Positions 52,533 through 62,434 of a stretch of 64,000 nucleotides of DNA are shown here, one piece after another; position 1 is the first letter of the stretch; every line of letters begins with the position of its first letter. Position numbers and translations under genes: made by a program. The notes beneath the pieces were generated by a model, which did no database searches, was not told the origin of the DNA, and saw only the letters and a program-made list of their open reading frames with translations. Origin of the DNA: Longimicrobiales bacterium (GTDB taxonomy: Bacteria > Gemmatimonadota > Gemmatimonadetes > Longimicrobiales > Gaopeijiaceae); assembly GCA_965197725.1 (NCBI GenBank), contig CBDANQ010000060.1, positions 96,001 to 160,000 of the forward strand, written 5' to 3'.

Positions 52533-52550
52533 TCCCTAGGCCGGAGGAGC

Positions 52551-52718
52551 GTCGAGGTCGTGCAGGCGTTTCGACGCTTGGCGCGGTCGGGCACGGTCTC
52601 GGACGCGAGGGCGACCGGGGCAGTCGAGCTACTCGACGCCCTGCCCGTCGAAAGACGCCCCGCTGGGATTCTCGTGCCGCGCGTGTGGACGCTGCGCGAC
52701 AACCTGAGCGCTTACGAC
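52551..52718 (+). pseudogene. Internal fragment of a VapC/PIN toxin
   Basis: VEVVQAFRRL...LDALPVER....LVPRVWTLRDNLSAYD. Confidence 0.75.
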
Positions 52719-52819
52719 GGACCCAGCTTGGAGTGAATGTCTTATGGTACGCGAGGGGGTCGTGTACGTGACGGACAGCGAGAATCCTGGGGTTCGAGCT
52801 CTCGAAGGAGCCGTTTAGC

Positions 52820-53880
52820 ATGCGTATCGCTCGTCCCTGGACTGTCGGCGGTCTCATCGTCCTGGGGGCTGACGCGGGCCCAGACGTACACGCTCAGCAT
52901 GCCGCCAGCGTGACCGTCGAGGAGACGGCTGGTATCCGGCGCACCCGGTTCCCGACCCGTGCACTGGCGAGCTCGTCTACGGTCCCGATACATCCGGACA
53001 GGCCCGACCTCGCCGGGGCCTGTCCGTCACCGAAGACGCGAAGGCCGTGCAAGTCGGCAGGCTACGATTCAGCAAGCGTGGCTCCCCGCTCCTTCTCTCG
53101 GCCGACTACCGAGGAGAGCTCATCGTAGTGGGTCGGGACGGCATCGTGGTCATCGACGGGGCAGGGGCCCGGCACGACGCGTCGGAGATCGAGTGGCAAT
53201 CAGTGGAGCTCCTCAAGCGGGGTCCGCTGACGGTGCACCTGCGCTACGAAGGAACACTGGAGTTCAGCCGGGGAGGCCGTGCCGATGTAGTGATCGACGT
53301 GGAAATACCGAACAGCAAATCGTGGGTGAAGATCTCCACGGTCGTGCGCGATCTGGACCGGAGCGTGCGGGAAGTCGCCATCGAGACGCCGCTGAAGCTG
53401 GGCGAATATCCGTGGACGTGGGACTTCGGCACACCGAACGGTACGTGTGGCGCGTTCAGGGACTCGTCCGGCTCCGTCGTGCTGACACAGACGATCGCCC
53501 AAGACCGCGACGGGTCCTGGATGGTCCACGCCGGCCCGGCCGGGGCAGAGCAACCCTTCGAGAAGAGCGCGCCCAACCGGCCCGAGATCGTGCGCGGCTG
53601 GACCCACTTCCAGAACCAGTCGCAGGCTGTGGCGTTCGCGATCGAGGGGCTCGGCGACGTCCCCGGCAGGTTCACGGCAACCCTGAATGGCGAGGGCCAG
53701 ACCTCGTTCGCCTTCGCGCCCGTGGAGTCAGTCGCCGAGCACTCACTCACCGTCTACGAGCACTTCGTCGTGACGCCGGTGCCTATCGGAGCCGCCACGA
53801 GTCCTGCTTCCATCTTGAGCCCGCTCCGCGCGCGGGTGGAGCTCCGTCCGAACCTACCTACCCGTGACCACTCGGATGAT
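52820..53880 (+). pseudogene. Exported hypothetical protein broken into two frames
   Basis: Signal-bearing ORF at 52820 (VEETAGIRR..FP) followed by a coding-like ORF from about 53047; 3' end uncertain. Confidence 0.5.
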
Positions 53881-54017
53881 ACCGCCCGTGTAACCCGTAC
53901 CGTATTGGATCGCGGCGTCTCTCAGGTCGAGGAACTCGATCCGTTCTCCCAGCGAGTCCTTTTCGTGTCGAGGGGCACGCCCGGGCGCTTCGGGGTGGGG
54001 CGGGAGCGTCCATGGGA

Positions 54018-56366
54018 TCACATCCGGAGGAGCCGGTTCACCTTGATCACGAACCCCCGGTTCTCCAGCTTGGAGAATCGGTCGAATACGTCCGTGTCAC
54101 GCTCTTCCGTGTACACGATGAAGATCTCGCTTCCGGGGGCATACTCCCAACGCAGTCGAAAGTTGGCGCTGAAGGAATCGGTACCGGCACTGTACTGAAC
54201 CAGTCCGCTCAGGAAGGTCCGGGGCGAGAAGCTGTAGCTGACGCGCGTCGAAGCCACGTGCTGGGTGAAGTCGCCCTGGGGCAGATCGACCCAGTTGAAC
54301 GAGACATTGGGCTCGACGGAGAGTTGGGGCAGGACTTCGATTCTGGCCCTCTCAAACCCTACCGACGTGCGGTCGCCACCGAAGAAGCTGCCCCTTTGCA
54401 ACGACAGATTTCCCGCAAATGGGCGCTGGAGACCGAAGCTGTAGCTGAACTGGACGTTTCGAAAGCTGTATCGGCCCACCGGGATCGTCACGCCGGGTGC
54501 GATCGGAAACAGTTCGCTCAGGTTCTCGTAGCTGTCGGTGAAGTCCACGCTGAACTCATCGCTGGTCTCGAACTCGATCTGGAAATTGCCCTGTCGCTCC
54601 CGGGTCTCGACGAACCCCGCCTCGGCGTTCTCCAGGTAATTGATTCGCGCCTCGAGCGTCACCTGCCGGATGGACTCGATGGACGCCGGTCGCGGGCTGT
54701 ACCGCCCCGAGAGGAAGCTTTGTCGGATTCCTTTCCGCTGCACGAACCCGAGCTCCGGGTTGAAGTCTTCGCCAACCAGGAGGTGATCGATCTGGAGTCC
54801 CCACGCGTCCCCCGAGTAGCTGAATCGGCTACGGTAGCTCTCGTCTGTCCCGGTGAGCCCCTCGGTATCGGTCTTGGCGTAGTAGCCGAGGAGGTCGACG
54901 TTGTCCAAGACCGAGAATGTGGCGTCGATTCCATACGCCTGGTTGGATCCCGGCGCCAGGGTGGACTCCGACCGGCTCTCGAACAGCACCCCGATGCTGC
55001 TCCGCTGAAGGATGTCCCGGCGCAGCCGTAACACCGTGAAGTTGGTCGACTCGGCTCCTGCGCTCTGGAGGTCGTCCGTCCGGATGCTCAGGGCCCCGAC
55101 ATCGAAGGGACCCACCTTCCCGGTCACTCGACCACCGCCGAGGATGGGCACCGGCTCACCGCTCTGGAGACCGATTCTGCGGCTGAAGAACAGCGTGGGC
55201 GCGCTCACGCCGCCGCGGCCGAAGCCCGCGCCTACACCGGCCGTCGCGAAACCGAAGATGCCCCGTCCCTCGAGAAAGAACTCCCTCCTTTCGGGAAAGA
55301 AGAGACTGAACCGCGTGAGGTTCACCTGCTGTTCGTCAGCCTCGACCTGGGCGAAGTCGGTGTTGTAGGTGAAGTCGGCTGTCAGGTTGTCGGTGATCCC
55401 GATCTTGAGGTCCAATCCCGCGTCGGCGCTCAGGTCGTTCCGGGATTCGGGATCGGTGGTCAGGTCGGTCGCGAGCCCCGAAATGCCATACGGCTTGAGC
55501 TCGATCACCCTGCTCGACGGTGGTGCCTCGAGCCCGACCAGCGTAGCGTACCTCGAGACGCGCATCGAGAGTGCCGGCCCCACTGGAGCTGCCGACCTGG
55601 GAATCAGCGTGAGATGGCTCCATTCGTTCCTCCGACGGATGGCGCGCCTCATCTGGACGCCCCAGACCTGCTCGGAGCCCCCTCGGTACCGGAGCGACTT
55701 GAAGGGGATCTGCATCTCGACTGTCCAACCGCCGTCGAAGCGACCCGTTCTTACGTCCCAGACCGGGTTCCAGTCGCTGTTCGCGTTACCCTCGTTCGTG
55801 ATCGCGAAGTCGGAGAGGGCGCCGAGCGGGTTCGTGTAGAACATCACCCCGTTTCGGCGATCGTAGAACGTGTCGAACATGACCCCGAACGTGTCGTTCT
55901 GCCGGAGCTGACCGTTGTCTCGCCGCAGCTCGTTTGCCATCCATTCGCTCTCCGGCGCGGAGTCCCACATGCGCGCGGACACATAGATGTCCGTGTTGTC
56001 GAAGGTGAGCCAAACCTCCGTCCGCTCGGTAGCGGCTGCACCCTCATCGGGTACGCTCTGTATGAAGCCCGAGAAAGAGCGGGTCACCTCGTAGAAGGTC
56101 TCGTCCAGTCTGCCGTCGAGCTGGATCGGTCGCCTCAACCGGACCGCCCGGACGGTGGCGTCGCCGCGGTCGTCGCGGGTGATGACTTCGGGCGGCGTGG
56201 GCGGAAGGGGACCTTCGGCCCGGACCCGGTCGCTCCCCTTGGCACCTCCTGCCTGGGCAGCGAGCCCTTGGGGGCGCTCGAGCATTGCGGACACAGTGAC
56301 CAGCGCCACGACGGTAATCCAGACCTTCGAGGGTCCAAGGCGAGCCATCATAGCCATTCTCTGCAT
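54018..56366 (-). CDS. DUF5916 protein, paralogue 3
   Basis: YNTDFAQVEAD, NLTRFSLFFPERREFFLEG, FFSRRIGL, FNPELGF; colinear with paralogue 1. Confidence 0.88.
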   Translation of the reverse strand: MQRMAMMARLGPSKVWITVVALVTVSAMLERPQGLAAQAGGAKGSDRVRAEGPLPPTPPEVITRDDRGDATVRAVRLRRPIQLDGRLDETFYEVTRSFSGFIQSVPDEGAAATERTEVWLTFDNTDIYVSARMWDSAPESEWMANELRRDNGQLRQNDTFGVMFDTFYDRRNGVMFYTNPLGALSDFAITNEGNANSDWNPVWDVRTGRFDGGWTVEMQIPFKSLRYRGGSEQVWGVQMRRAIRRRNEWSHLTLIPRSAAPVGPALSMRVSRYATLVGLEAPPSSRVIELKPYGISGLATDLTTDPESRNDLSADAGLDLKIGITDNLTADFTYNTDFAQVEADEQQVNLTRFSLFFPERREFFLEGRGIFGFATAGVGAGFGRGGVSAPTLFFSRRIGLQSGEPVPILGGGRVTGKVGPFDVGALSIRTDDLQSAGAESTNFTVLRLRRDILQRSSIGVLFESRSESTLAPGSNQAYGIDATFSVLDNVDLLGYYAKTDTEGLTGTDESYRSRFSYSGDAWGLQIDHLLVGEDFNPELGFVQRKGIRQSFLSGRYSPRPASIESIRQVTLEARINYLENAEAGFVETRERQGNFQIEFETSDEFSVDFTDSYENLSELFPIAPGVTIPVGRYSFRNVQFSYSFGLQRPFAGNLSLQRGSFFGGDRTSVGFERARIEVLPQLSVEPNVSFNWVDLPQGDFTQHVASTRVSYSFSPRTFLSGLVQYSAGTDSFSANFRLRWEYAPGSEIFIVYTEERDTDVFDRFSKLENRGFVIKVNRLLRM

Positions 56367-56759
56367 CCTGATCGGCCCCCAGGTGTGCAGAAGAGTCAGA
56401 GGGTGCTACGTGAACTCGACACTGTTCAGAACGGTTTCGTTGTGGATCCCCAGCGCTTGACCGTCACCCGCTCGGCCTCACATGCGGAATAGTAGCTGAT
56501 CGTCACGAAAAGGCCGTCCGCTCGAGGTCGCACATCTGGAAGTCGAATGCACCCGAGTCGTTGAACTCGCGGGTGAATTGATCCCGTTCGGCCACTGTGG
56601 CGCGAATCTCTTCCGGGAATCCCTCGTGGGCCCGGATCCCGAACTAAATGGCGTTTCCTTTGACGACGGACTACCACGCACAGCTTGGTGGGAGAGCCGA
56701 GCGGCCTCGGAAAGGCGCCGCGCCCTCCGGAGGACCTCGATCCTTGAGCCGAAACGCCT

Positions 56760-56864
56760 GTCCTGATGCGGGAGCATGATGTCCGCCGCATCTGCACGCG
56801 CGACACGGATTTCCATCGCTTCCCGTTTGTGGAGCCCATCGACGCGTTCGTCTCAGACCGGTAG
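56760..56864 (+). pseudogene. C-terminal fragment of a VapC/PIN toxin
   Basis: VLMREHDVRRICTRDTDFHRFPFVEPID followed shortly by a stop. Confidence 0.7.
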
Positions 56865-57017
56865 GCCTCCGCCCGACATCTGATCGAGCCGTCCCATCCA
56901 GCCATCCCCTCATGGAGTGGCCGGCCGCATCGTTGGTTCAGCCGTATCTCGCTCGAGCAGGATGTGATATGGGCTTGGCGATTCGCGATGCGGGGCTTTA
57001 TCCAAAGGAGGTAAGAA

Positions 57018-57215
57018 ATGCGCAAATTGACGGGGCAAGAGTTGTCGGCGGTTCGCGGTGGTAGGCCCGGCCTGGGCACGGCTTGCGGATCCGCTGCTGG
57101 CGCGGCGTGGTCGGCGTGGCGTTGGTTTGGGAAGGTGCCGATGTGGGGCTCCTCCATCGTCGCCTATTCGGTCCTGATCGCGGGGACGACGTGCCTACTC
57201 GACGCGTTCTTCTAG
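57018..57215 (+). CDS. Double-glycine-leader peptide precursor A (bacteriocin/RiPP-like), 65 aa
   Basis: AAGGAGG RBS; leader MRKLTGQELSAVRGG; hydrophobic 50-aa core with two Cys and GxxxG motifs. Confidence 0.8.
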   Translation: MRKLTGQELSAVRGGRPGLGTACGSAAGAAWSAWRWFGKVPMWGSSIVAYSVLIAGTTCLLDAFF

Positions 57216-57250
57216 GCCTTTCTGACACTCTTCGATACAAGGAGTTGGTT

Positions 57251-57442
57251 ATGACGCGTATGACAACAGAGCAGCTGGTATCGGTGCAAGGCGGCGGCTT
57301 CTTCGATGGCTTCCTCTGCGGTGCGGGCATCGTCGCGTTGATCGCCGTCGCGACGGGCTCGGGTGGAGCGGCGCTTGGCCCCGCTTCACTCTTCTTCGCC
57401 CAGGCTGGCGTGCTAGGAGCCTGCCTAAGCGCTTTTAGGTAG
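57251..57442 (+). CDS. Double-glycine-leader peptide precursor B (bacteriocin/RiPP-like), 63 aa
   Basis: AAGGAG RBS; leader MTRMTTEQLVSVQGG; hydrophobic 48-aa core with two Cys and GxxxG motifs. Confidence 0.8.
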   Translation: MTRMTTEQLVSVQGGGFFDGFLCGAGIVALIAVATGSGGAALGPASLFFAQAGVLGACLSAFR

Positions 57443-57503
57443 GGCACGCGTAGTCCAAGACCGGAGGAGCCATGGTCCTGAGAGCGTTCGGACCGACCAG
57501 CCA

Positions 57504-57529
57504 CCACGGCGGGGCATGCCCCGCCGTGG
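57504..57529. repeat. Perfect 26-bp palindrome downstream of the peptide genes
   Basis: CCACGGCGGGGCA-TGCCCCGCCGTGG; no U-tract. Confidence 0.8.
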
Positions 57530-58291
57530 CATCCTCCGCTGTGGTGATCTTCCGCGCCAAATGGACCATGGAGGCTCGGAGATGAAGGTGTCCCCGGCTC
57601 AGTTGAAGGTGGTGACTCCGAGGCTTTCGTGATTAACCTGCCATCTTCATTTCGGCAACCGGCTCGCGGTCATCGAGGTGAGCTTTGAGCATCCAGAGTT
57701 GGTCGAAGCCGACGATGCGTCGGTAGTTCTTCTCGGTCTCGACGAAGGAGGCAGCGGCCCATCTCAGTGCCATCGCTCCGTTCTTCCAGTTCGTCACCCT
57801 ATAGGTCTTCTGCCTCACGCCTGCGTGGGTGCTGTCGATCAGGTTCGTGGTGCCGAGGCACTTCCTCAGCCGAGGCGGTAGCCCAAGCCGGTTGATTGTG
57901 AACATCTCACCCAGCCCCTCCCTCAGGCTCGCTGCGGCCGACGGCTGATCTCGTTCAAGCCACCGCGCGAGCTGCTCGAGTTTCTGCACGCCGTCCCTCG
58001 CATCGAGCTTCCATGCTGCGAGGATCGCGGCCTTCACCTGCGGGTGCTGATCCTTCGGTAGGTGAGCGAGCACGTTTCTGAGCTTGTGATTTCGGCATCT
58101 CTGGACCGAGTGGCCCGCGCCGAACACCTGAACAATCGCCTTCCGTAACGCCTTCGAGCCATCGATCACGAACAGGCGTCGACGCTCGGGGTCCAGACCC
58201 CGCTCGACCAGATCCTGCAGCAGGGCCGTCGTCACTTCGGTGTTCTCACTCGCTCCCTGCCGCATCCCCAGCACGTGCTTCTTGCCGTCCG

Positions 58292-59748
58292 GATGGTGTC
58301 CCGCTGACAGTTGAAGGTGGTGGCGCCGGAGAGTCTCTTGGTTAGCCTGTCTTTCTCATTTCGGCAACCGGTTCATGGTCGTCGAGGTGGGCCCTGAGCA
58401 TCCAGAGCTGGTCGTAGCCGATGATCCTCCGGTAGCTCTTCTCGGTTTCCACGAACGAGGCCGCAGCCCAGCGCAAGGCCATCGCTCCGTTCTTCCAGTT
58501 AGTCACCCTGCGGGTCTTCCGTCTTACGCCCGAGTGGGTGCTGTCGATCAGGTTGGTCGAGCCCAGGCACTTCCTCAGCCGCGGTGGGAGGCCGAGCCGG
58601 TTTATGGTGAACATCTCGCTGAGGCCTTCGCGCAGGCTGGCTGCGGCCGAGGGGTGGTCGCGCTCGAGCCATCGGGCGAGCTGCTCGAGCTTCTGCTCGC
58701 CCTGCTTCGCGTCCAGCTTCATCGCCGCCCGGAACGCCGCCTTCACCTGAGGATGCTGATCCTTCGGCAGATGACCCAGCACGTTGCGGAGCTTGTGGTT
58801 GCGGCAGCGCTGGATGGGGTGACGTTGGCCGAACACCTTCTCGATCGCCTTCCTGAGCGCTTTCGAGCCATCGATCACGAACAGCCGCCGCCTGCCCGGG
58901 TCCAGGCCGCGCTCGACCAGATCCTCTAGGAGCGCGCTGGTCACCTCGGCGTTCTCACTCGCTCCTTCCCTCACGCCCAGCACGTGCTTCTTTCCGTCTG
59001 AGTCCACGCCTACCGCAGCAAGCACGTGGTGCGAGCCCATCTGGATCCCGTCCAGGTAGATCACCAGGAGGTCCCACGCATCCAGCCGGCGCTCCATCAG
59101 CTCCTTCAGCACGCGCTCCGAGGCCTCGACCGTCTCACGGCTCACCGCCGACTTGCTCACCCCGACCGTGTCGGCCATCTCACCGATCACACGGCCGTAC
59201 TTTCGCGTGCTCACCCCCGCCATCAGGACCTCGAGCATCCGATCCGCCACGGCGCCCGGTCTCCGCATCGCTGCGTACGCCGGCACCTCGACCTCGCCAC
59301 CCTCCCCGGCGCCCCGGCGCCTGAGCCGTGGCCGCTCCACACGCACCTTCCGGTCCGACAGGTAAACCACACCACCCTGCCGGCCATACCACACCGTGTC
59401 GTCTTCCGCTCGTGACCGACCTGCCTGCTTCACGCCTGCCACACCCTCTGCGCTCATCTCCAGCACCGCTTCGATCGTCGCTTGTCCCATCACCTGGATG
59501 ACTTCGTCGATCGCGACCTCCGTCTGCTCCACGAGCTCAAGCATCGGAAGCAGAAACTGCCCCTCCCGCTTCAGGAACTCCCTGATCGCGCGCTTGTCCG
59601 CCCGATCCCTTACCTCGTACGTTCTCTTCATCGTGGTGGCTCCGTGTTGGGGTTTTTGCCTACCCGAGCCTATCGGCCCGGGACCCCCGGAGCCACCACT
59701 TTTCTTTCTCCCCTATCAGGGACCTTCAACTACGGTTGGGACAGCTTC
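58292..59748 (-). mobile_element. IS256-A complete copy nested in IS256-B
   Basis: 8-bp duplication GCCGTCCG at 58284-58291 and 59749-59756. Confidence 0.95.
58342..59631 (-). CDS. IS256 family transposase (isoform A)
   Basis: Same as 11009-12298 except VMGR to VMGQ. Confidence 0.95.
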   Translation of the reverse strand: MKRTYEVRDRADKRAIREFLKREGQFLLPMLELVEQTEVAIDEVIQVMGQATIEAVLEMSAEGVAGVKQAGRSRAEDDTVWYGRQGGVVYLSDRKVRVERPRLRRRGAGEGGEVEVPAYAAMRRPGAVADRMLEVLMAGVSTRKYGRVIGEMADTVGVSKSAVSRETVEASERVLKELMERRLDAWDLLVIYLDGIQMGSHHVLAAVGVDSDGKKHVLGVREGASENAEVTSALLEDLVERGLDPGRRRLFVIDGSKALRKAIEKVFGQRHPIQRCRNHKLRNVLGHLPKDQHPQVKAAFRAAMKLDAKQGEQKLEQLARWLERDHPSAAASLREGLSEMFTINRLGLPPRLRKCLGSTNLIDSTHSGVRRKTRRVTNWKNGAMALRWAAASFVETEKSYRRIIGYDQLWMLRAHLDDHEPVAEMRKTG

Positions 59749-60374
59749 GCCGTCCGTGTCCACGCCCACAGCCGCAAGTACGTGGTGCGCACTGAGTTGG
59801 ATACCGTCCAGGTAGATCACCAACAGATCCCATGCGTCCAGCCGCCGCTCCATCAGCTCCTTCAGCACGCGCTCCGACGCTTCGATCGTCTCGCGGCTCA
59901 CCGACGACTTGCTCACCCCCACCGTGTCGGCCATCTCGCCGATCACCTGGCCGTATTTCCGGGTGCTCACACCTGCCATCAGGATCTCCAACATTCGGTC
60001 CGCCATGGCGCCCGGCCTGCGCATCGCCTCGTACGCTGGCACCTCGACCTCGCCGCCCTGGCCGCCAGTCCGCTCACGCAGCCGAGGCCGCTGGATACGG
60101 ACCTTTCGGTCCGACAGGTAGACCTGACCGCCCTGGCGGCCGTACCAGACCGTCGCCCCCTCCTCGCGTGCCTTGCCCGATTGCTTCGGGCCCGCCACAC
60201 CTTCGGCGCTCATCTCGAGTACCGCCTCGATCGTCGCTCGGCCCATCACCTGGACGACTTCGTCGATCGCGAGCTCCGTGTGCTCTACGAGCTCGACCAT
60301 CGGCAGCAGGAACTGGCCTTCTCGCTTCACGAACTCAGCCATCGCACGCCTGTCCGTGTCACTCGCTACTTCGT

Positions 60375-61123
60375 ATGGGCTCGCACCACGTGCTTGCTGC
60401 GGTAGGCGTGGACTCAGACGGAAAGAAGCACGTGCTGGGCGTGAGGGAAGGAGCGAGTGAGAACGCCGAGGTGACCAGCGCGCTCCTAGAGGATCTGGTC
60501 GAGCGCGGCCTGGACCCGGGCAGGCGGCGGCTGTTCGTGATCGATGGCTCGAAAGCGCTCAGGAAGGCGATCGAGAAGGTGTTCGGCCAACGTCACCCCA
60601 TCCAGCGCTGCCGCAACCACAAGCTCCGCAACGTGCTGGGTCATCTGCCGAAGGATCAGCATCCTCAGGTGAAGGCGGCGTTCCGGGCGGCGATGAAGCT
60701 GGACGCGAAGCAGGGCGAGCAGAAGCTCGAGCAGCTCGCCCGATGGCTCGAGCGCGACCACCCCTCGGCCGCAGCCAGCCTGCGCGAAGGCCTCAGCGAG
60801 ATGTTCACCATAAACCGGCTCGGCCTCCCACCGCGGCTGAGGAAGTGCCTGGGCTCGACCAACCTGATCGACAGCACCCACTCGGGCGTAAGACGGAAGA
60901 CCCGCAGGGTGACTAACTGGAAGAACGGAGCGATGGCCTTGCGCTGGGCTGCGGCCTCGTTCGTGGAAACCGAGAAGAGCTACCGGAGGATCATCGGCTA
61001 CGACCAGCTCTGGATGCTCAGGGCCCACCTCGACGACCATGAACCGGTTGCCGAAATGAGAAAGACAGGCTAACCAAGAGACTCTCCGGCGCCACCACCT
61101 TCAACTGTCAGCGGGACACCATC
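60375..61123 (+). mobile_element. 3' half of IS256-A
   Basis: Matches 11600-12348, starting at MGSHHVL and ending at the right IR. Confidence 0.92.
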
Positions 61124-61396
61124 CCTCCAGAAGCCTGAAGAGCTTCTTGACGCTGGGGGGAAGCGACTCAGCGAGGTCGAAGGCATGCCGGGGCGATGCG
61201 TGAGGGACTAGGGAGGCGGGGCGGTGCTTGCCGGAGATGATAACAGAGGAGGCGCCCCCCGGCCGCGCCGTCTCACTCTTGCCCACGTCGGTTGCAGGGC
61301 GCACCCTACCCGTCCGCGACCCTGTCGACCCATGAATCCGCCGGCGCCCTGGCCCGCTCGCGCCCTCGACGTGGAGATTACGATGACCAGTGGGCG

Positions 61397-62434
61397 ATGA
61401 GCACCCTCGATCGTCGCGACTTTGTCCGCGGCTCGTTAGGAGCGGCTGCATGGGCCATGCTCCCCTCCCGGCCGCCCCCCGCCCCGCGCATCTCGGCCAC
61501 GGGCTTCCTCTACGACGAGATCTACCTCGAGCACGACAGCGGCGAGACTCACCCCGAACGGCCAGAACGGCTGACCTCGATCGTCGACCGGCTCCAAAGG
61601 GCGGAGTGGTACTCCTCGCTCCTACCCATCGCCTCGAGGGCAGCGGAGGTCGCTGAGCTGGAACTGGTTCACGACCCCTTCTACGTGACGCTGGTGCGGG
61701 CGGAGATCGAAGCCGGGAAGCGGCGGCTCTCCACGGGCGACACCAACGTGTCCCCCGCCAGCTACCGCGTCGCTCTCCGGGCTGCCGGCGGCATTCTCGC
61801 GGCTGTGGACGCCGTGATGGGGGGAGAGGCCCAGCACGTGTTCTGCGCGGTGCGCCCCCCCGGGCATCATGCGACCTTCGATCGAGGGATGGGCTTCTGC
61901 GTCTTCAACAACGTCGCGATCGCAGCTCGTTATGCACAGCAGAAGTTCGGAATCGAACGGGTGCTGATCGCGGACTGGGACGTGCACCATGGCAACGGCA
62001 CGCAGGACGTCTTTTATGCGGACGGTAGTGTGTTCTACATGAGCACCCATCAGGCTCCCTTCTATCCGCGGACGGGCGCGATCGACGAAACGGGCGAAGG
62101 GGAAGGCGAGGGACTCAACATGAACCGGCCGTTCGCAGAGGGAGCGGGGGATACGGAAATCGTGGGGGCGTTTCGCGATGATCTACTTCCCGCCGGCCTG
62201 GAGTTCGCCCCCGAGCTCACGCTCATCTCGGCGGGCTTCGATTCCCGCGTGGACGACCTATTGGGCGGCTTCCAGGTCAGCGACGACGGGTACCGCGAGA
62301 TGACACGCATCATGATCGAAATCGCCTATGCGGCCGGGGGAGGACGGCTGGTCTCGGTACTCGAGGGAGGGTACAACCTCGAGGGCCTCGCCTCGGGAGT
62401 CTTCACGCACATGGACGAGTTGGTCAGGGCCTGA
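61397..62434 (+). CDS. Histone deacetylase family amidohydrolase with Tat signal
   Basis: LDRRDFV leader; HPERPERL, RPPGHHA, GFCVFNN, DWDVHHGNGTQ, SAGFD, LEGGY. Confidence 0.92.
   Translation: MSTLDRRDFVRGSLGAAAWAMLPSRPPPAPRISATGFLYDEIYLEHDSGETHPERPERLTSIVDRLQRAEWYSSLLPIASRAAEVAELELVHDPFYVTLVRAEIEAGKRRLSTGDTNVSPASYRVALRAAGGILAAVDAVMGGEAQHVFCAVRPPGHHATFDRGMGFCVFNNVAIAARYAQQKFGIERVLIADWDVHHGNGTQDVFYADGSVFYMSTHQAPFYPRTGAIDETGEGEGEGLNMNRPFAEGAGDTEIVGAFRDDLLPAGLEFAPELTLISAGFDSRVDDLLGGFQVSDDGYREMTRIMIEIAYAAGGGRLVSVLEGGYNLEGLASGVFTHMDELVRA

Larger units (their letters stand above)
57584..60375 (-). mobile_element. IS256-B copy, interrupted by IS256-A and lacking its left end
   Basis: Right end at 57584; transposase halves flank 58292-59748; similarity stops at 60375 within the first codons. 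Confidence 0.92.

Noticed and set aside
59832..61073. 413-aa novel fusion transposase
   Set aside because: Chance open frame across the chimeric junction: antisense IS256-B joined to the IS256-A C-terminus.
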